DNA of 57,008 bases, the filler included, from Platydemus manokwari (taxonomy: Eukaryota), in NCBI GenBank assembly GCA_037951405.1. It is 5 parts of 5 records of this genome, joined end to end, with 100 filler letters (N's around TTAATTAATTAA, not from the genome) between each part and the next. Parts side by side here need not be neighbours in the genome. Positions count along the whole stretch, not along the records: positions 45,946 to 57,008 come from JBBMOY010937751.1; 4 more parts are not named here. The stretch is one strand, 5' to 3'. How positions within the stretch are numbered: the first letter of the stretch is position 1; each line of letters starts with the position of its first letter. The position numbers were made by a program, and so were the translations under genes. Positions 50,267 through 57,008 of the stretch are shown here, one piece after another. Under the pieces are notes generated by a model. The model saw only the letters and a list, made by a program, of their open reading frames with translations, made no database searches and was not told where the DNA came from.

Positions 50267-50350
50267 GAATAATTCTGAGAAAATAGCCGAAAAATTGCAT
50301 TTCAAATCTAAAAAGAATGGAATCATTAAAGACCAAAAACTAATTTCCAA
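50267..50350 (+). CDS. isolated 84-nt internal exon candidate (possibly downstream Dymeclin)
   Basis: Long pyrimidine tract, ttttag acceptor and gtgaga donor; only one frame open (phase 2-2): NNSEKIAEKLHFKSKKNGIIKDQKLIS; no clear homology recognised. Confidence 0.4.
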
Positions 50351-51376
50351 GTGAGATATTTCAATTTAAAATTTTCAAGAAATTAAATGTTAGCAAATTT
50401 GTTTTTCAAAGATATTTACAATAAATTATTTAAGAGAATCTGCTTAAGGATTTAATGGAGGAAAAGTTGGCTCGATATAAGTTTGTTTCCTTTCTTATGT
50501 CACTAAACTTAAAGTATACTTGATCAATGGTAATGGGAGTTCCATTTTCATTGAAAAAATATGTGGTTTTGGTTATGGTGGTTGTGAAAGGAAAACTTTC
50601 TTGTTCAGTGTGTCTCCAGTGAATTTGCTGATATTGTATATTTCAATAAATGGTTTTACTTTCATTTAACCTTATTTCTACCATTTAAATTCATCTATAT
50701 ATTGAATCTACATCAATTTTATCTGAGTGTATATATTCATTTATTTCTGGATTGAGCAGATTGAATTTGCAGTTTGTAATAAAAACTTGAAAAACAAATA
50801 CATTTTAATTATGAAATTTAGTAATTTCTATATTTATTTGGAATGTAGAACACAAGCGTCTATCAATGGCTCTTCAGTACTTGAAGTCAAATCCATTTGC
50901 GTTCAATAAAAAATATTCATTTGCAATAGTGATTTGTTAATATATGTCGTTGCATCTTGAAACTCGTTCGAATTCATTTTGATGACTTATTTTTATCATA
51001 GTCTATTTTTAAAATTAGATAATTTTGTATCATACTATCTTTCTAACATGAATGACTACAATTACTTTTTCGAATCATAATAGCGATTTCTGTCCGTTTT
51101 CGTCAATTGAAAATTTATTGAATTGTTAATAAAATTTTTTGTGTAAATTATCATTGACTATTTTATATTGATTTTTTATTTTGATGTTTTATTATCATAT
51201 TTGATTGATTGAACTATGATTGTTTATTGGCAAGTATCTGTACAATAAATATTGGAAATCAAAATACCTTTTATATTTAAATGTTATCATATTGTAATCT
51301 GTTTCCTAGAGATGCTAGAATGTATTTTATATCTATTTTTATATGTAAATAATAGTGTAATTTTGTGCCGATTTCC

Positions 51377-51400
51377 GTCAGAATCGAATGGTTAAGGCGC
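51377..51400 (+). pseudogene. tRNA-Leu-like 5' fragment (pseudo-tRNA or SINE head)
   Basis: GTCAGAATCGAATGGTTAAGGCGC resembles GTCAGGATGGCCGAGTGGT(C)TAAGGCGC; no T-arm or 3' acceptor strand. Confidence 0.25.
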
Positions 51401-52809
51401 AAAATTTTCAGATTTCTATGAGATTGCAATAATTTTTATACACTATAATTTTATCAATTCGAGTTGAATAATTTTTATTTATAATTAAATACTGAAATGT
51501 TCTGATTTATTGTAAAATTTAATATTGACTGCGATAACTCAATGTCGAGTTGAGTGATGATATGGCATTCGATGAGTGTTTTTATCATAAGATTTTTGAA
51601 ATATTATTAATATCTAATGGTAAAAATAATTTTATTTTGAAAATTTAAATTCCATTTTGAATTAAATGTATGAATAAAATCAATTCAAGTTGATGTCATC
51701 AATTATGATAACACAGACCTGAACGCATTATGACAATTTGGTCTTCTTTTAAAATTAATTTGATACAACTGTGTTCCTTCGTGAATATAGGCATATCCCA
51801 AAACATGATATCATAGTTATGAGGCAAGTTGAACTGTAACTAGGAGTAAAATTAGGTTTTCATTGAATCTGATGCTATCTTCTTTGAACTATTCGTACGA
51901 ACAGTTGATTCTAACTTTCAAGAAAACGAAAAATGGATGGCATCTATAAACGAATTCTCAATATATATACCTGCTCTAAATGTTGGTGAGAATGAAATCT
52001 TTGTTTATCATTTGGAATTATAGTCATGTGAAAGTGGTTCACAAACCTCAGGTTTCATCTGAAAGTTCATTATAATGTAAAGCATATACTAATCACTAGC
52101 TATTTATCTACTAATTACAATTAAATAAAGAGCTCCAGTTTACTTTGAGAAGTGTGTTGACATTTAGTATTATAGTTGATTATATTTATAATTGTTAAAT
52201 TAATCAAAAAAAGAAAAGGATATTAATAAAAAAGATCAGTTAACGCTGCGTTGGTTACATCCCTTTATAATAATGAAACAATATTTTTTCCAATTATGAA
52301 AGAGCCATTCTCTATTAAAAATACGAATAAATCATAAAAATAGATTACGGATAAAATAAAAACCCAAAATAAGAAGAAATTCAAAAAAGAAAACTAAAAC
52401 TTGTAATAACAAAAATAACATAAGTTAATACTAAAAATAATAATGTAAAATATAAAATAGAAATAAAGATAAAATAAATAGTAAAACAAAATTAGAAAAT
52501 CCGTTCGAAAAACAAATCCGTTATTTCAAAATTCATTGTAGATAATTGTAGTTGACAATTGGACAATTAGACGTCAGCGGAGTTACTACGATCAATCAAG
52601 TTAGAGTGCAGGAACTATTATCATTATCAAACAAATTTGAAGGCTATATATAGCAATAGCTACCAACATATAACCGAGAATTAGCTATTGCGAAGCCTAT
52701 TTGTGAAACTCTATTACTATTCTCTAGGCGAATCAAACTTTTTAATTATTTTGCAATTGTCTTCAACGGAATATTCTCATGGGTTATTTTTATTTCAAAA
52801 TTTAAATCC

Positions 52810-52870
52810 TACTTACCAAGTAATACTACACTTACCAATACTACACTTACCAAGTAATACTACACTACAC
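52810..52870. repeat. 16-19-bp tandem repeat (ACTTACCAAGTAATACTAC)n, ~3 copies
   Basis: acttaccaagtaatactac / acttaccaatactac / acttaccaagtaatactac. Confidence 0.8.
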
Positions 52871-52949
52871 GAATTTTAGTTTGAATCTCTTTTTACTAGA
52901 ATATAACTAAGCAAATAAATTCTTATAAAAAGAAACATTTAAATAGAGA

Positions 52950-53080
52950 TGGTTACGGTGTTTTTAGACCTAACCACCAATATAATCTTTTACCAGCTCT
53001 CTTTGCGGGTATTACCATAAGAAATGTTTAAAATTAATTAGTTCTATCTAGATAGAACCAAACAATATGATTCTAAATAA
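52950..53080 (+). repeat. dispersed repeat, inverted copy at 56750-56885
   Basis: tggttacggtgtttttagacctaaccacc...gcgggtattaccataagaaa...tagttctatctagatagaacc aligns by eye with the reverse complement of 56750-56885. Confidence 0.75.
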
Positions 53081-54974
53081 AGAAAAGTACCTACCTGATT
53101 ATTTACTTAAAATCATACTTATTGTATCGTATTGTATTACGTCATTATTCAAATTGAGTCTTATTGTATTCCTATTGTAAATTTATTCCATGTCTTGAGC
53201 TCTTTAATATTTTTCTTTGAATTTTTTGTTAAATTTAATTTACATTTGAAACATATAATCGAGACAATGTTTTATTTAGTATTTCGAATGATGTTATGAA
53301 GTGACCTCAATGGTTGAATTTCAGAAAATTATTTTTTAATTCAAAGAGCCCATCATCCTTCATTGACTTTCTTATTTTATCTAAAGAACTTTGAGATAAA
53401 CTTGTTGCGTTCTTGATAATTTTGTTGCGTTCGGGTCTTATTGATTTTATTGTTTTTATTAATACTATTTCTATTTGATATGAATATTGTCTTAATCAGT
53501 CTCAATGATCTCTTGTTTATTTAGAACCATTATCACTTTTTCATTTGACTTATTAATTTCTCTATTAACACATTCGATGTCAACAAACACTATGAAAAAG
53601 TATTATTATTTGATTATTATAATTTATAAATTTATAATTATCACTACCAGACATAAGCATAATTACTCTTTTTGTTTCATTACCATCTTTTCTGATGTTT
53701 TTAAAGCTATTTTCAGTTATAAAATAACTACAACATCTGTCACAAATATTTAGTTTTTCTTTCAGTCTCTTGTCCGATTATTGGTGTTCGTGTCTATTAC
53801 ATATCCAAATATTTTTTATAATATTCGTATTGAACTCTCCCACTATTAGTTGCTTCATTATAGTTATTGGTTAGATTATAATTTCTACTATAATTCAAAT
53901 TTCATCTGAAACTATTTTCATAATTAGGCTTTAAAATATCATTGTAACTATTATTATATCTCATATATCATGTATATCTGTAATTTCACTTCATATTATC
54001 AAAATCCTCAATCGTATTAGTTATGACTTTATGTCTTATTAGATTATTTATTTATTCAAGATTTACAAAATGCCGATTTAATTCACTCCATTTTATTATC
54101 TTTTCACTAATTTTTGTGTTATTTTCACGTATTCTTTAGTATATTTCTTAGTTCACTATCTAGCGTTTTTGAATAATATGTATCATATGAAACATTCTTT
54201 TTATCATTATTATTGACAGGCTCTAAATAAGCTACAGCCTGAATTTTCTCTTTCCAGTATCAAAGCTAAATTTCTCCGTCTTTAACTTTTACGATTTGAT
54301 TGCTTAATTGACGTCCCTTTAGACTGTTATGAGTATTATAATTATTATAATTTTTGACGATATTTGTAACTGTTAAATTCTCCATTTTTAAAAGTGGTTA
54401 TACTGAAACAATTCTCTTATTACATAATTATTATTATTTTCAACGTTTAGGATTCACTGGTTTTTATGTTTCCCGTAAAAGCTTTTATAATTGTATGATT
54501 ATTATGGTAATGGCTACATAGATGCATTTAAACCGTTTCTTTGAAATCCAATATTTATAACTTTATTTTGTGTTCGCTATTCATATATTCACTGATTACC
54601 CACATAGTGATGGCCAATTGGCGTTCTTTTATTCAAAATATATTCGTGCATCTAATTTTTCGGTTGTCTGCATAGAATTATATAGATTAAGAAAGTCAAT
54701 GAACGTAGTAAACTTTATTTATATTAAATAACAAAAAATAGCCGAAAAAAATACATGACTGTCTGATGATATCTGAATTCCCAAAACAAAGAAAATAACA
54801 TCGAGCCTTAGTAAAAAAAAAGCACAAAGTGACACCCACAAAAATGTTTTGGAATACTTCTGAACAATTAACTATTCTGACTCCAAAATAAAAGGCTAAT
54901 ATTGTATTTCGATTGCGTACTCTTCAGTACGACTTACATGTGACATGACTTGACACGCTTTATAAAATATGAAC

Positions 54975-55197
54975 CAAAAACTTGGCTTCCAACTGGCAGT
55001 GTGCCATTAATTGAAACTTTTTAAAATGTCATCGCATATAGTATTAAATTGATTCATTAAAAAAAATCATTCTGGAACATTCTATTAATTTCTATTTTTT
55101 ATTTAACTAAATTACTAACGATTTTCTTTTATAATTTTTCATAGAATATTTTTTCAAAATTTTTAATTATTTTTAAAAATCTTATTTTTTTACATAC
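54975..55197 (-). repeat. inverted copy of an internal part of the TATA-core repeat unit
   Basis: Reverse complement closely matches 35495-35725 (aaaattataaaagaaaatcgttagtaatttagttaaat...gttccagaat...ccagttg(g/a)aagccaagtt). Confidence 0.85.
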
Positions 55198-56749
55198 TCC
55201 GCAACATAAACCTCCCCAATAGTAATAATTTCAAAAAATATTTAATATCGATCAGTGTTACGATATCGATATGTATTGAAGAAGTACATTTATGGCAATA
55301 CTGATATTGTCTTGGAGAAGAAGCCATATGCCAAATCAACTAATCAGAGCACAGTCATTAAACGTTTATACAAAATAGTTTCACTACCAAACACATCTAT
55401 AGAAAGCAATACTTATTGACAAGAAACGAAGGATAGTTTAATTTATATTTGCTATTCCGGTTTCCAAAGTTTCCATTATAGAGAAGAAAATAAATCCTTT
55501 CACTAATCAATTCAAAAACTATTTGAACATTTTACTATCAAATCTGTGATGCTTAGCGATGATTTTTTCATTAATTCTTAGTGAAACAAAATCGTGCTAA
55601 CAAATGTGCGTTCACTCCGTACATAAATATGACTTTCAAAATAAGGCATCTACTCTGCTATCTTTTGTATATCTTGTTGAATAGCCACTGAAAACAATAG
55701 TTTGTAATTATATGTAATTATTGTGCTTAATAATGAAATATCATTTCAATGGAATATATCTTGTTATCTCAAGTGTTTTATTTTGAATCATATTATTTTA
55801 TTATTTATCTAAATATGAGATAATATTTATTTTAATATAAGAACTTTTCATTACCTTTTGGAGTTTGGTGGCTATAGAGCTTAATCTATTCAGCTCAACC
55901 TTGAAAAATAAATTTACATTTTTAAATATAAAATACTTCAATCAGATCTTTCATTTCATTTTGCTGAAATTATCTTGACGAATGGGGAAAATCAAATGTG
56001 AAATAACGAATTAATTTATAAACCTTTACCTCAAACTAATGATAATTACTTAATTAAATCAACAAGCTAAACATTTACTCATAATAAAAATCTCTTCAAT
56101 TGATTGTTTTTACGTCAAATGGCGTCTTATCTGATGAAAAATCAATTAAATGAACATTTTGAATTGAAAAACTACTGTTGAGAGGTTATTGCGATGATGG
56201 TGATCCGAGATGCTTTTCTTGTGGTTTTGGATTGAAATCTTCTGAATGAATTTTTCATTTGCGAATTTTTTTCGGTGGCGGTTCTTTGGTTTTTGCACTA
56301 AAATACATAGTTACTTTTGAAATTCCACTATCGTATTTCTTCTTAAAACTGCGACACAATTTTGGGATTTTATTTGCTATTATTTTTGTTCATAATTTTC
56401 AGATTCGGTATTTTCTATTTTCTAATTGTTTTCCCATATCAATTTTGTCTCTCATTTCGTCTGACTATTATTATTTAAGCTCTAATTATTTGAATTAAAA
56501 GAATTTAGCTAGTACAACTCATTTCAAAATGTGTGTGAAATTATGACAAGTATAGAACTAGATTGGGAAATAATAATGGGATAAAGAACTTGATCTAAAC
56601 AAAATACAATTGGTATGACAATAGGTACAGATTGATAACAGATAATATCAAATAAAAGTACAATAAAATAATAATGTGAAATATAATAATAAAGAATTAA
56701 ATAGAATAATCAAGATCTTTAGCAAATAACTAGATATTTGCATGTGCAA

Positions 56750-56885
56750 TTATTTAATTATTTGGCTATTGTGAGGTTCTATCATGAAAGAACTAGAGAT
56801 ATTTGATCTTTCTTACGGTAGTGCCCGAAAGAGTCATCGAATGATTTTATTTATGGTTAGGCCTAATAGCACCTTAACCACTAAT
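56750..56885 (-). repeat. dispersed repeat, partner of 52950-53080
   Basis: Reverse complement tggttaaggtgctattaggcctaaccat...tcgggcactaccgtaagaaa...tagttctttcatgatagaacc. Confidence 0.75.
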
Positions 56886-56921
56886 ATAATTTTTTGAGAT
56901 TGTAGATATTGTTGGGATAGT

Positions 56922-57008
56922 ATGGAGCGTTTTGTGCTCTATTCGGATAGCGAACAGAGCGAAGATGAGGATGAGAAAATCCCATATTCAGTTAAAACAT
57001 ATAACGAA
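56922..57008 (+). CDS. start of an ORF running off the window (acidic N-terminus; host gene or retroelement ORF1)
   Basis: MERFVLYSDSEQSEDEDEKIPYSVKTYNE, open to the window edge; locally GC-richer. Confidence 0.3.
   Translation, partial: MERFVLYSDSEQSEDEDEKIPYSVKTYNE

Noticed and set aside
52810-52870. Tandem repeat as a CRISPR-like array
   Set aside because: No unique spacers, eukaryotic context, and no cas genes
54900-54935. Minus-strand CTGAAGA...CGAAA hammerhead-like core
   Set aside because: No compatible stem I, stem III or UH cleavage site
871-56498. Most 60-120-aa ORFs in the supplied track
   Set aside because: I/F/L/K/N-rich translations expected from AT-rich non-coding DNA, often with non-ATG starts; only those overlapping EGF or DYM exons or TE remnants are meaningful

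Overview
Very AT-rich eukaryotic (animal) genomic DNA with many ~50-nt GT-AG introns. The intron size and transposon mix (mariner, hAT, Merlin, Penelope, LINE, Gypsy) would fit a free-living flatworm such as a planarian, but that is inference. The window is five contigs joined by four artificial 100-nt spacers (44N-TTAATTAATTAA-44N). Three protein-coding genes are supported. (1) The 3' four exons of a single-pass EGF-repeat membrane protein (+, 12243-16773), whose cytoplasmic tail carries NPxY, YxxL, YxxM and PxxPxR motifs. (2) The first six coding exons of Dymeclin (DYM; +, 31550-34032), truncated at a gap. (3) An intronless 1562-aa ORF (-, 38902-43590) with an N-terminal KH-like fold lacking GxxG, followed by a long low-complexity region; it is possibly nested antisense in a DYM intron. 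The rest is mostly decayed transposons, including one complete hAT MITE with TIRs and an 8-bp TSD, plus an unclassified ~700-bp dispersed/tandem repeat with a conserved TATA-containing core. Most short ORFs in the supplied track are spurious or are partial exons. No prokaryotic systems (CRISPR, operons) are present.
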